Shown here: positions 9,331 through 18,069 of the stretch, piece after piece
Layout: each line of letters begins with the position of its first letter
How positions within the stretch are numbered: position 1 is the stretch's first letter
Assembly (NCBI GenBank): GCA_023248545.1
Contig: JAHFEF010000004.1
Location: forward strand, 22,043 to 86,042
Length of the DNA: 64,000 bases
Source of the DNA: Myxococcales bacterium
GTDB lineage: Bacteria > Myxococcota > UBA727 > JABDBI01
Reading direction: 5' to 3'
The notes under the pieces: model-generated
Told to the model about the DNA's origin: nothing
The model's input: only the letters and a program-made list of their open reading frames with translations
Databases searched by the model: none
Position numbers and translations under genes: made by a program

Positions 9331-9351
9331 AAATATTGACTGCAAACTATT

Positions 9352-9936
9352 TTATTTACTTGGATTGTCAATCAGGTATTTTGCTGCTTTTTCAAGCGAA
9401 GCCAGCCCGGTCGGGTCCGTTGTAAACTTACCACGCAGGTCGCCCCGTTGGTCAAATAATGCAAGTTCAGCGATGTGATGAGCATTGCCCATGGCAAACT
9501 TCATTTGGCCCTCAACCACCTGATTAATCTTGCTGCGAGAACCCGTTAGAAAAGACCAATCTAGATTATTTTTTTGGGCATAGGCCGCCAATACTTCCGG
9601 CGTATCAAACTCAGGGTCTACAGAAATACTGACAAAATGCGTTTTATCGAGCAATTTTAAGAAGCGCTTTCGGACTTCTGTCTGAGCAGCCATGAGCTTG
9701 GGGCACACACTGGGACAGCGCGTGAAAAAAAAGCTTGTGATCACTACTTTTCCTGCCAAATCCTGAGAACCAAAGGGTTGGTTATTCTGGTCCGTGAGCA
9801 CCCAAGGCCCCACAATCACCCAAGGGGGAGGGGCCGAAAGGCGCATTTTGGAATACTCGCGAACCCAGTGCAAACAACCAATTCCAAATAGAAATGCCCA
9901 TACATAGGGATTGCGAACTATTTTTTTCCAACTCAT
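9352..9936 (-). CDS. SCO1/SenC family copper chaperone / thiol-disulfide protein
   Basis: 194 aa. N-terminal TM segment, thioredoxin-like motif FFFTRCPSVCP (CxxxC), conserved H near the C-terminus. Confidence 0.8.
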   Translation of the reverse strand: MSWKKIVRNPYVWAFLFGIGCLHWVREYSKMRLSAPPPWVIVGPWVLTDQNNQPFGSQDLAGKVVITSFFFTRCPSVCPKLMAAQTEVRKRFLKLLDKTHFVSISVDPEFDTPEVLAAYAQKNNLDWSFLTGSRSKINQVVEGQMKFAMGNAHHIAELALFDQRGDLRGKFTTDPTGLASLEKAAKYLIDNPSK

Positions 9937-9988
9937 AGGAGCCTTCCTCTTGTCAAAGAACGTAAATTAAGGCAAGAAGGGCTTCTTC

Positions 9989-10573
9989 ATGGTTTTTCCC
10001 AATCCTCAAATTCCCCCGAATCCCCACAATTTAGACGCTGATCGGGGTCCCAAGCAGCGCACGATCGAACCTCGCGTGAATCGGCGTATTCGAGTTCCCG
10101 ATGTGCGCGTGATCATGGACGATGGCGAACAGTTGGGCGTGTTGCCCACGCAAGAAGCCCTGCGCCGCGCTGAATCCATGGGCCTGGATCTCGTGGAAGT
10201 TTCTCCCATGGCCAAGCCGCCCGTGTGTAAGATCATGGACTATGGCAAGTTCAAGTATCAGCAAAAGCGCAAAGCCAACGAGGCCAAAAAGAAACAGCAA
10301 GTGATCGAACTGAAAGAAATCAAATTCAGACCCAAAACAGACGTTCATGACTTTGACACCAAAGTGAATCGCTTGAAGGGCTTTTTGGCCGATGGCAACA
10401 AAGGCAAAGTAACCGTGATGTTTAGAGGCCGTGAAATCGTTCACCCACAGATTGGCTTTGATATGTTAAAGCGCGTGGCTGAGTGTATTCAAGAAGAGTC
10501 TGTGATTGAGTCCCCCGCACGCATGGAAGGCCGCCAAATGGTCATGATTGTAGGACCGGCAAAGAAAAAATAA
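9989..10573 (+). CDS. infC: translation initiation factor IF-3
   Basis: RVNRRIRVPDVRVIMDDGEQLGVLPTQEALRRAESMGLDLVEVSP...IKFRPKTDVHDF. Followed by rpmI-rplT as usual. The N-terminal roughly 20 aa and the true start are uncertain. Confidence 0.9.
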   Translation: MVFPNPQIPPNPHNLDADRGPKQRTIEPRVNRRIRVPDVRVIMDDGEQLGVLPTQEALRRAESMGLDLVEVSPMAKPPVCKIMDYGKFKYQQKRKANEAKKKQQVIELKEIKFRPKTDVHDFDTKVNRLKGFLADGNKGKVTVMFRGREIVHPQIGFDMLKRVAECIQEESVIESPARMEGRQMVMIVGPAKKK

Positions 10574-10634
10574 CCCCACTTGTATTTTTGCAAAAAGAGA
10601 GGAATTAAGAAAGCTTATGGCAGGTTGTAACAAA

Positions 10635-10850
10635 ATGAGGGCCAAAAATAGCCCCAAACAAAAGAGTAATCGCGGAGCGATGAAGCGCTTTTCCGTCACC
10701 GGCACTGGTCTTATCAAAGTGCCTTCGAAAGGCAAATCTCACTGCTTGAGCAATAAAAACCGCAAGCGTAAACGCATGCTGCTCAAAGCCGGTTACCTTA
10801 ATAAAGGCGATGCGCTCAGAACCGAACGCATGATTCCCTACTTGTTCTAG
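10635..10850 (+). CDS. rpmI: 50S ribosomal protein L35
   Basis: NRGAMKRFSVTGTGLIKVPSKGKSHCLSNKNRKRKR. Position between infC and rplT. ATG 10635 gives a canonical length (track ORF starts at 10617). Confidence 0.85.
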   Translation: MRAKNSPKQKSNRGAMKRFSVTGTGLIKVPSKGKSHCLSNKNRKRKRMLLKAGYLNKGDALRTERMIPYLF

Positions 10851-10873
10851 TTTTTGAAAAAGGATTTTGATTT

Positions 10874-11224
10874 ATGGCTCGTGTAACCCGTGGCTTCAAA
10901 GCCCGTCATCGTCGCAAACGTATCTTGAAGTTGGCTTCTGGCCATATCGGCACGCGTAATCGCTTATTTAGAACAGCGGTTGAAAGCGTCGAGCGTGGGT
11001 TGGTATATGCTTACCGAGACCGCAAAGTCAAAAAACGCGAGTTTAGAAAACTTTGGATCACCCGTTTGAATGCCGCCGCCAGACAAAATGGCCTGAGCTA
11101 CAGCGTCTTGATGAACAAGTTGAAAGCCGCCAATATCGCTCTAGACCGACGTGCTTTGTCTGAATTGTCCATCTCGGATCCATCAGCCTTCACAGCACTC
11201 GTGTCTAAAGTCCATGCAGCTTAA
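10874..11224 (+). CDS. rplT: 50S ribosomal protein L20
   Basis: MARVTRGFKARHRRKRILKLASG...AYRDRKVKKREFRKLWITRLNAA. Confidence 0.95.
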   Translation: MARVTRGFKARHRRKRILKLASGHIGTRNRLFRTAVESVERGLVYAYRDRKVKKREFRKLWITRLNAAARQNGLSYSVLMNKLKAANIALDRRALSELSISDPSAFTALVSKVHAA

Positions 11225-12224
11225 ACGGCTTAGAAAAGAAGCACAGTCTGGTTTTTCTCAGTGCAAGTCTTCTGAGCAACTCGAGGCCTTGCGCGTGGGT
11301 CTTTTGGGTAAGAAAGGCAAACTCTCTGAGATTTTAAAACAGATGGGCACCTTGGAGCCTGAAGAACGCAAAAAAGTGGGCCAAGAAGCCAATGCACTCA
11401 AGCAAGATATCGAAGCTTGGATTGAAGAATCTAGAGTCCGCCTTGGGCAAAGTACCAAAAACAAGATCCTAGGGCAAAGCCTAGATATTACGCTACCGGG
11501 CAAAAAGCCGGCGCTGGGCGCCATTCATCCGCTCACCCAGACAGCGTATGAAATCTTGGATATTTTGGGCGACATGGGCTTTGAGTCGGTGCGAGGCCCA
11601 GAAATCGAGCACGACTTTTATAACTTCGAAGCGCTCAATATTCCCCCGGAGCACCCAGCTCGGGAAATGCAAGATACGTTCTATGTGGCCCCAGAAGTGG
11701 TTTTGAGAACGCAAACCAGCCCAGTTCAAATCAGGGCCATGATGGCACTTCAAGAAGTCCCCTTAAGAGTCGCCTGCTTCGGCAAAGTCTACCGACATGA
11801 TCAGGATGCCACCCATTCTCCCATGTTTCATCAAATTGAGGTGCTTTGTATCGACCAAGATGTGTCTTTCGCAGACTTGAAGGGCACCTTGACGCTGTTG
11901 GCCAGAAAACTCTTTTCTGAGAAGGCCCGAGTAAGATTACGCCCGAGCTTTTTTCCATTTACAGAACCTTCTGCTGAAGTCGATATGAGCTGTTTTGGTT
12001 GTGACGGGGCAGGGTGCAGGCTGTGCAAAAATACTGGCTGGATCGAAATTTTGGGTTGCGGCATGGTACACCCCTCGGTTTTGAAAGTAGCTGGGATTGA
12101 TTCTGAGAAAAACTCAGGATTTGCTATTGGCATGGGCGTGGAGCGCATGGCCATGTTGCGCTATGGCGTCTCGGATATTCGGCTATTTTTTGAAAACGAC
12201 ATTCGGTTTTTAGGTCAGTTTTAG
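11214..12224 (+). CDS. pheS: phenylalanine--tRNA ligase alpha subunit
   Basis: Start MQLKRLRKEA (ATG 11214) overlaps the rplT stop. HPLTQ, FEALNIPPEHPAREMQDTFY, FGKVYRHD, FPFTEPSAEVD, GFAIGMGVERMAM. Confidence 0.9.
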   Translation: MQLKRLRKEAQSGFSQCKSSEQLEALRVGLLGKKGKLSEILKQMGTLEPEERKKVGQEANALKQDIEAWIEESRVRLGQSTKNKILGQSLDITLPGKKPALGAIHPLTQTAYEILDILGDMGFESVRGPEIEHDFYNFEALNIPPEHPAREMQDTFYVAPEVVLRTQTSPVQIRAMMALQEVPLRVACFGKVYRHDQDATHSPMFHQIEVLCIDQDVSFADLKGTLTLLARKLFSEKARVRLRPSFFPFTEPSAEVDMSCFGCDGAGCRLCKNTGWIEILGCGMVHPSVLKVAGIDSEKNSGFAIGMGVERMAMLRYGVSDIRLFFENDIRFLGQF

Positions 12225-12227
12225 CTT

Positions 12228-14312
12228 ATGCATATCAGTATCCAAACTTTACGCAGCCTGGTCGATTTGCCAGATCTTTCTCCTCAAGAATTGGCCGATA
12301 AATTAACGCTCGGTGGCCTCGAAGTGGAGGCGATTCAAGCTTTTGAAGATGATACGATTCTGGAGCTTAAAATTACACCGAACCGGCCAGACGCCCTAAG
12401 CCACATGGGCATCGCCCGAGAACTGGCGGCTATTTGTCACACGCGGACTACTTTTTTGGCGCCATCCATCAAAGAGCTCGGCGGGTCAATTCATGACTTG
12501 GTGCAGATCAGTGTGGTTTCAAAAGAAGCTTGTCCGCGTTATGCCTGTCGCGTGGTTGAAGGCGTTCAAATTGCCCCCAGTCCAGACTGGCTTCACAAGA
12601 AATTACTTTCGCTAGGCCTAAAGCCGATTAATAATATTGTCGACGTCACGAATTGGGTTCTATTTGAGCGTGGTCAGCCACTGCATGCGTTCGATTTAGA
12701 CACATTGGCCAAGCCCAAAGGCCGTATTGCACTCAAAATTAGATCTGCCAGTGCAGGCGAAAAGCTTCTTACGCTCGATGGCAAAGAACGAAGTTTGCTT
12801 GAGACAGACCTGGTGATCGCCGATGAAGACAAAGCCATTGCGCTGGCCGGTGTGATGGGCGGAAAAATTACAGAAGTTTCCAACAGTACCCAAAATATTT
12901 TGTTGGAATCGGCTTATTTTGAGCCTCGGGGCATTCGAAAGACAGCTAAGCGCCTGGGTTTAAGCACGGACGCGAGTTATCGCTTTGAACGCGGCACGGA
13001 TCCCAATGGTGTGATTGCTGCGCTGGATCGCGCTGCGTCGTTGATTCAAGAAATCGCCGGCGGCCGAATCAGACGGGATGCTGCCGATGTCTATCCCAAA
13101 GTCATTGAACCCCTTGAAATCTCGCTGCGGCCTCATCGATTGGCTCAATTTTCTGGCTTACCTGAAGTAGAACCTGCTGAACTTCGAACCCGTTTTTTAG
13201 CGCTTGGAATTGAAACTTCTGGACGTGCAGCACACGATGCACTCAAATTTAGGGTCCCAACCTTCAGGCCTGACATTACGGATGAGATCGATCTGATTGA
13301 AGAAGCCATGCGCTTGATTGGCTTCGATCAAGTTCCGGCGCGCATTGGTTTTCGTAAAAGTCTAGATGGCAAAAGCCTTGATGTGAGTTTGGACAAACTG
13401 GAACGTCATATGAAGACTTTCTTGAGTCAGGCTGGCTTTTTCGAGGCCATTAATTATTCTTTTGGTTCGCCTACTGAATTAGAATTATTTAAAGCCACGG
13501 ATTTGCTGACCCTGCAAAACCCCTTGGGCGAAGAGTACTCGGCCATGCGCCAAAGCTTATTTCCGGGTTTGCTCAATAACCTGCGTCATAACTTAAGACA
13601 GCAGGTCCAAAAGCTTTCTCTGTTTGAGGCAGGCGTTGTCTTCTGGGGCAAGAACCCGGCTGGTCAGAAGCCTGAGATGGCCAACTTAACTGCTCACAAC
13701 ATGGCTGCCGATGCTTATGCGCAGGAAAAACTATTTTTGGCGGGTGTGAGTTACCCTGGCGACTTTTTTGCTTTAAAAGGCATTTTAGAAAGCTTATTTG
13801 ACAGTTTGAAAGTGTCTGTTGATTTTAAGCCGCTTTCACTTCAGTTGTCTTTTTTGCATCCCAGTCAATCCGCCAATATTTGGCTTCAGGATGCTCCATT
13901 AGGATTTTTGGGATTTCTGCATCCAGATTTTAAAGAAGAAGCCAGTGCTTGCGTTTTTGCGCTAGACTTAGATCTCTTAAAATCGCACTGTTTCAAGCCT
14001 ATTCAGGTGAAGCCTCTGCCTAAATTTCCAGGAATCCAGCGCGATTTAGCCCTAGTGGTCGACGAGAAAGTTCTGGCCGGCGATATTTTGGGCGTGATAC
14101 GCAATTTTAAGACTCTGAAGCCAATCTTAGAAGACGCCAAGATTTTTGACGTCTACCAAGGCAAGGGCATCGAGCCTGGGAAGAAATCCATCGCTGTTTC
14201 GATCTATTTGCGTGATCTTGAGAAAACGCTCACTGAGGAGCAAGTTAATTTGCCTGTTGAGAGCTTGAAGCAAGAGTTAAACACAAAGCTTGGAGCGGTG
14301 TTGCGGGTTTAA
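12228..14312 (+). CDS. pheT: phenylalanine--tRNA ligase beta subunit, short form lacking the N-terminal OB-fold tRNA-binding (B2) domain
   Basis: 694 aa. The B1-like start LTLGGLEVEAIQAF runs directly into DDTILELKITPNRPDALSHMGIAREL (B3/4). C-terminal FDVYQGKGIEPGKKSIAVSIYL (FDX-ACB). Confidence 0.9.
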   Translation: MHISIQTLRSLVDLPDLSPQELADKLTLGGLEVEAIQAFEDDTILELKITPNRPDALSHMGIARELAAICHTRTTFLAPSIKELGGSIHDLVQISVVSKEACPRYACRVVEGVQIAPSPDWLHKKLLSLGLKPINNIVDVTNWVLFERGQPLHAFDLDTLAKPKGRIALKIRSASAGEKLLTLDGKERSLLETDLVIADEDKAIALAGVMGGKITEVSNSTQNILLESAYFEPRGIRKTAKRLGLSTDASYRFERGTDPNGVIAALDRAASLIQEIAGGRIRRDAADVYPKVIEPLEISLRPHRLAQFSGLPEVEPAELRTRFLALGIETSGRAAHDALKFRVPTFRPDITDEIDLIEEAMRLIGFDQVPARIGFRKSLDGKSLDVSLDKLERHMKTFLSQAGFFEAINYSFGSPTELELFKATDLLTLQNPLGEEYSAMRQSLFPGLLNNLRHNLRQQVQKLSLFEAGVVFWGKNPAGQKPEMANLTAHNMAADAYAQEKLFLAGVSYPGDFFALKGILESLFDSLKVSVDFKPLSLQLSFLHPSQSANIWLQDAPLGFLGFLHPDFKEEASACVFALDLDLLKSHCFKPIQVKPLPKFPGIQRDLALVVDEKVLAGDILGVIRNFKTLKPILEDAKIFDVYQGKGIEPGKKSIAVSIYLRDLEKTLTEEQVNLPVESLKQELNTKLGAVLRV

Positions 14313-15457
14313 AGTTTACCTAAAAACGCACTGATTTTTTGAACACCCTCTAAAATCTCTTCCAAGCTGGCCGCCAAGCCAATTCTTAAGAAACCGGGCG
14401 CGCCAAACGGTGTGCCTGCAACTGTTGCCACATGCGCTTCACCAAGCAGCCTGTTGGCTAAGTCTTGGTCGTCTGCATAGCGCCGGCTAAAATCAACCAT
14501 GGCATAGAAGGCCCCTTGAGGCTTTTCACATGACAGGCCGTCTATTTTTAAAATTGCTTCTAAAAATCTATTTCGACGCATCTCATAGGCCGCACGCATG
14601 CGTTCGATTTCAGCTTTAAGCTCTGGCGGCTCATTCAACGCATACACAGCTGCCGCCTGACAAATCGCTGGGATACAGGTATAACGCTGTTCTTGGAGCT
14701 TCGCCATCGCAGATACGAGTTTTTCTGGTCCGCCCGCAATGCCTACACGCCAGCCCGTCATGGCATAACCCTTGGAAACACCGCTAATTACCAGGGTTCT
14801 GTCATAAGCATCTTTCGAGAAACTTGCTGGCGAGATATGTTTCACACCGTCAAATACCAAGTGCTCATAAATCTCGTCAGAGATGACCCAAATCTCAGAC
14901 CCCTCCAGCAGGTTCATGAGGCCACGCAAGAAAGACTCACCCAGTACAGAACCGTCTGGATTGTTGGGAGAGTTCAAGAAAATCGCTCGGGTCTTGGGGG
15001 TAATTGCCTGTTTGATCGACTCCAAATTGGGCTTCGCAAAAATGGGCTCTGCGCCAGCAAGCTTGACCAACTCCGGATAGCTCACCCAATAGGGTTTTAA
15101 GATAATCGCCTCGTCACCTGGTTCTAAACAAGCATCGATGGCCAATGACAAAGAAGATTTTGCCCCAACCGAAGACAACACCTGGTTGGCCACATAATCT
15201 ACTTTCTGATCACGTTTAAATTTCAAACGCATCGCCGCAATCAAAGCATCGGTACCCCGAACGCCTGTATATCGACTCACCCCCCGATCCAAAGCTTGGT
15301 GAGCCGCTTGAATAATACAGGCCGGTGTTTCAAAATCAGGCTCACCGGCACTCAACGAAACAATCTTGACGCCTTGGTCCTGCAAGACCTTGGCACGGGC
15401 CTTCATACCTAAAGTTGCAGAGGGGGCAAGATTTAATACGCGGCTACTTAATTTCAT
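14309..15457 (-). CDS. class I pyridoxal-phosphate-dependent aminotransferase (aspartate aminotransferase-like)
   Basis: 382 aa. SAGEPDF, NSPNNPDG, PLP-lysine motif SGVSKGYAMTGWRVG. Confidence 0.85.
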   Translation of the reverse strand: MKLSSRVLNLAPSATLGMKARAKVLQDQGVKIVSLSAGEPDFETPACIIQAAHQALDRGVSRYTGVRGTDALIAAMRLKFKRDQKVDYVANQVLSSVGAKSSLSLAIDACLEPGDEAIILKPYWVSYPELVKLAGAEPIFAKPNLESIKQAITPKTRAIFLNSPNNPDGSVLGESFLRGLMNLLEGSEIWVISDEIYEHLVFDGVKHISPASFSKDAYDRTLVISGVSKGYAMTGWRVGIAGGPEKLVSAMAKLQEQRYTCIPAICQAAAVYALNEPPELKAEIERMRAAYEMRRNRFLEAILKIDGLSCEKPQGAFYAMVDFSRRYADDQDLANRLLGEAHVATVAGTPFGAPGFLRIGLAASLEEILEGVQKISAFLGKL

Positions 15458-16490
15458 GGAGGGTCTTCAAAATGCGAGTAGAAATTCGATAGGGATCAGC
15501 GTTCGCACCAGGCCGTCGGTCTTCAATATAACCACAGCGTTTGTTAGCCACCGGCTCTGGAATTCGAATCGACGCACCCCGATCACACTCACCGACTCTA
15601 AACGTATTAATATCACAAGTTTCGTGAAGGCCCGTGAGACGCTCTTCCAAGCCAACACCGTATTCAGCAATATGCTCCTTGTGATGCTTTGACAAAGCTT
15701 CTACCAACGCCGTAATCGCTGCCCAGCCAGTACCAGGGTCACGCGTGGCCCGCGTTGAAAAATTGGAGTGCATTCCCGCACCATTCCAATCGCCCTTCAT
15801 CGGCTTGCACGACCAATTGACCGTGATGTCGAAATCTTCGCCTAGGCGCATCAAGAGCCAGCGTGCCAACCAAACCTGGTCAGACATCGTCAAGGGATCG
15901 GCTTTTTCATCTTTAAAGCCTCGGTAGCCAATTTGAAACTCCCACTGCGAAGGCATGACTTCAGCATTCGTGCCATAGATCGCCAAATTCGCCCCGACAC
16001 AAGCAAAGGCATGCGCCTCCACCAGGTCACGCCCAAACATGCGATCCGCTCCAACGCCGCAATAATAAGGGCCCTGGGGACCTGGTTCACCAGATTCTGG
16101 CCAACCAAAAGGTCTGCCATCCTGATACAGCGTGTACTCCTGTTCAAAACCAATCAAAGCGTCTTCGTCTTTGGGACTGCGTTCTAATTCAGCCCGTAAT
16201 TTGGCTCGAAAATTAGTGACATGCGGCGTGTGGTCCGTGTTTAATACTTCGCACATGACCAAGTAACTTCCGGCGCCTCGAAGGGGATCATGCACAAAAT
16301 TGACCGGCTTTAGAATTAAATCTGAGTGCTTGCCGGTGGCCTGGTTGGTCGATGACCCATCATAGCCCCATTCTGGAAATTGGCCGAGGTTGGGCTCCTT
16401 GCCCCCAAAATCACAAATGCGTGTTTTGTTGCGCAAGTTTTGGGTAGGTGTTGAACCATCGAGCCAGATATATTCACAAAAACTCAGCAT
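15444..16490 (-). CDS. glnII: glutamine synthetase type II (eukaryote-like GSII)
   Basis: 348 aa. EYIWLDGS...LRNKTR, IGFEQEYTL, GPYYCGVG, NGAGMHSNFST and RIPEP all match the GSII/eukaryotic GS pattern rather than the 470-aa GSI pattern. Confidence 0.8.
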   Translation of the reverse strand: MLSFCEYIWLDGSTPTQNLRNKTRICDFGGKEPNLGQFPEWGYDGSSTNQATGKHSDLILKPVNFVHDPLRGAGSYLVMCEVLNTDHTPHVTNFRAKLRAELERSPKDEDALIGFEQEYTLYQDGRPFGWPESGEPGPQGPYYCGVGADRMFGRDLVEAHAFACVGANLAIYGTNAEVMPSQWEFQIGYRGFKDEKADPLTMSDQVWLARWLLMRLGEDFDITVNWSCKPMKGDWNGAGMHSNFSTRATRDPGTGWAAITALVEALSKHHKEHIAEYGVGLEERLTGLHETCDINTFRVGECDRGASIRIPEPVANKRCGYIEDRRPGANADPYRISTRILKTLHEIK

Positions 16491-16502
16491 AACTCCTCCA
16501 AA

Positions 16503-17570
16503 CTAAGCCAGAATATTCAACCGCGCCTTCTCTTTCTTGGGAGCAGGCCGAGAAAGTACAGCTTTCACAACCCCCGTCGCTATGGCATGCGCAAGCTCTT
16601 GATAAGGCGCATCTTGGGCTGTTAGGCTCGCATTTAATGGCAACTCTGCGAGACACGGAATCTCCAAGCGCTTCGCCAAACTCATCGCTCCTCCATGAGA
16701 GAAAATCTCATGTCTCTTATCACAGGAGTCGCAGACAAAGTAACTCATATTTTCGATCAGCCCAAACGTTGGGATATTCACTTTGTCGAGCATCGCTTTC
16801 GCTCTCACGACGTCGGCCAACGCTAACTCTTGGGGAGTCGATACAATCAAGGCGCCCGCCACGTTTACTTTCTGAGAAATAGTCAGGTGAATGTCGCCCG
16901 TACCCGGTGGCATGTCAACGATCAAATAATCTAAATCCCCCCAGGCAACATTGTAAAACATTTGCATCGATGCAGACGCGATCATCGGGCCACGCCAAAT
17001 CATTGCCGACGCAGTATCCACCAAAAACCCAATGCTCATGAGCTTGATGCCTTTTTGCTCCAATGGAATCATATAGTTCTCGGTGCTGCCTTCTTTGGCA
17101 ATCCCAAGTACCTCGACGTCTTTAGGAATACCAAACAGGGTGGGTATCGAGGGCCCATACACATCGGCATCGAGTAAACCGACGCGGCAACCCATGCCAG
17201 ATAGCGCAAGCGCTAAATTCGTCGCGACGGTGCTCTTACCCACGCCGCCTTTGCCAGACAGCACTAAAATCACATTTTTGACATCGGCAATGCCCGGCTT
17301 TTTCAGACTTTGTTCGGTGGCGGGAAGCACTTCAGCAAAAACGTTTAAGTCCACCTGGGTACCAGTAGGAACAGTCAAAATAGCCGCTTGCTTCACCGCT
17401 GTCGCACAGATGCGTTCGGATTTAAGCGCAAACGTTGGAAGCACTAAGTCGATCTGGACCTTCTGGTGGCTTAGTTCGATGTTGCGAACCCAGCCAAGTT
17501 TAACAACATCTTGAGCCAATTCAGGAACTTGAATCTTCGAAAACGCTTCGAGCAGGGCATCTTTAAGCAT
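16503..17570 (-). CDS. Mrp/NBP35 (ApbC) family iron-sulfur cluster carrier ATPase
   Basis: N-terminal DUF59-like region, deviant Walker A SGKGGVGKSTVATNLA, CxxC (FVCDSCDKRHEIF). ATG 17570 preferred (track uses GTG 17576). Confidence 0.85.
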   Translation of the reverse strand: MLKDALLEAFSKIQVPELAQDVVKLGWVRNIELSHQKVQIDLVLPTFALKSERICATAVKQAAILTVPTGTQVDLNVFAEVLPATEQSLKKPGIADVKNVILVLSGKGGVGKSTVATNLALALSGMGCRVGLLDADVYGPSIPTLFGIPKDVEVLGIAKEGSTENYMIPLEQKGIKLMSIGFLVDTASAMIWRGPMIASASMQMFYNVAWGDLDYLIVDMPPGTGDIHLTISQKVNVAGALIVSTPQELALADVVRAKAMLDKVNIPTFGLIENMSYFVCDSCDKRHEIFSHGGAMSLAKRLEIPCLAELPLNASLTAQDAPYQELAHAIATGVVKAVLSRPAPKKEKARLNILA

Positions 17571-17610
17571 AGGCACTCGGATTAACGTCGTATGGTTGAG
17601 AAGTCAAAGG
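17571..17610. repeat. left copy (R1) of a roughly 40-nt imperfect direct repeat flanking the cyclin/CDK islet
   Basis: aggcactcggattaacgtcgtatggttgagaagtcaaagg versus 20179..20218 aggccctcggactaacgtcgtatggcttagaagtctaaga. Identity is 34/40 by manual alignment. R1 abuts the mrp start codon. Confidence 0.8.
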
Positions 17611-17619
17611 GCATGGGTC

Positions 17620-17952
17620 TCAAAAATCTTCACATTCTAATTTTGAAATCTTCAGTCTTTGAACAAACTCTCGCTTGTTTTGCGAAAACTCAGCAAAGTT
17701 TTTGAGTAATCTAAATTTTTCTCCATTTGTTTCCAAATCAACATATTCAGTTATTTTTTTAACTACATCATAATAAGCAACATCTTGATTGTCAGATTTC
17801 TGGTGTACAGAAGCTTTCAGATTCCAACCTGGAAGCCCATAATCCATAATCAAAATTCGATGTTGTTCACTTTCACAACTCGCTGCTACCTCCACGGCAA
17901 AAAGAGGCGTTGTCATCATCACAGCCAGCGTACTAAAAATCAATCGGTTCAT
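17620..17952 (-). CDS. hypothetical small secreted protein (inside islet)
   Basis: 110 aa. Signal peptide MNRLIFSTLAVMMTTPLFA. AT-rich coding sequence. No recognisable domain. Confidence 0.5.
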   Translation of the reverse strand: MNRLIFSTLAVMMTTPLFAVEVAASCESEQHRILIMDYGLPGWNLKASVHQKSDNQDVAYYDVVKKITEYVDLETNGEKFRLLKNFAEFSQNKREFVQRLKISKLECEDF

Positions 17953-18069
17953 TTTTGTTACCTCTTCAAGAGAGACAACTGGTTCATGAAATGCCTTATT
18001 CCTACCATAAGCTGCTGCCAGAGACCTGCGGCTATTGTTGGGAGATGATTAGGGTGATAGGCATACAGC

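Noticed and set aside
9937-9991. A non-canonical (AUU) start codon and autoregulatory context of infC.
   Set aside because: An in-frame ATG exists at 9989 and the N-terminal extension is not conserved enough to judge. I cannot decide from sequence alone.
10031-10444. A 137-aa minus-strand ORF, plus others opposite infC.
   Set aside because: It is antisense to infC, which is unambiguous.
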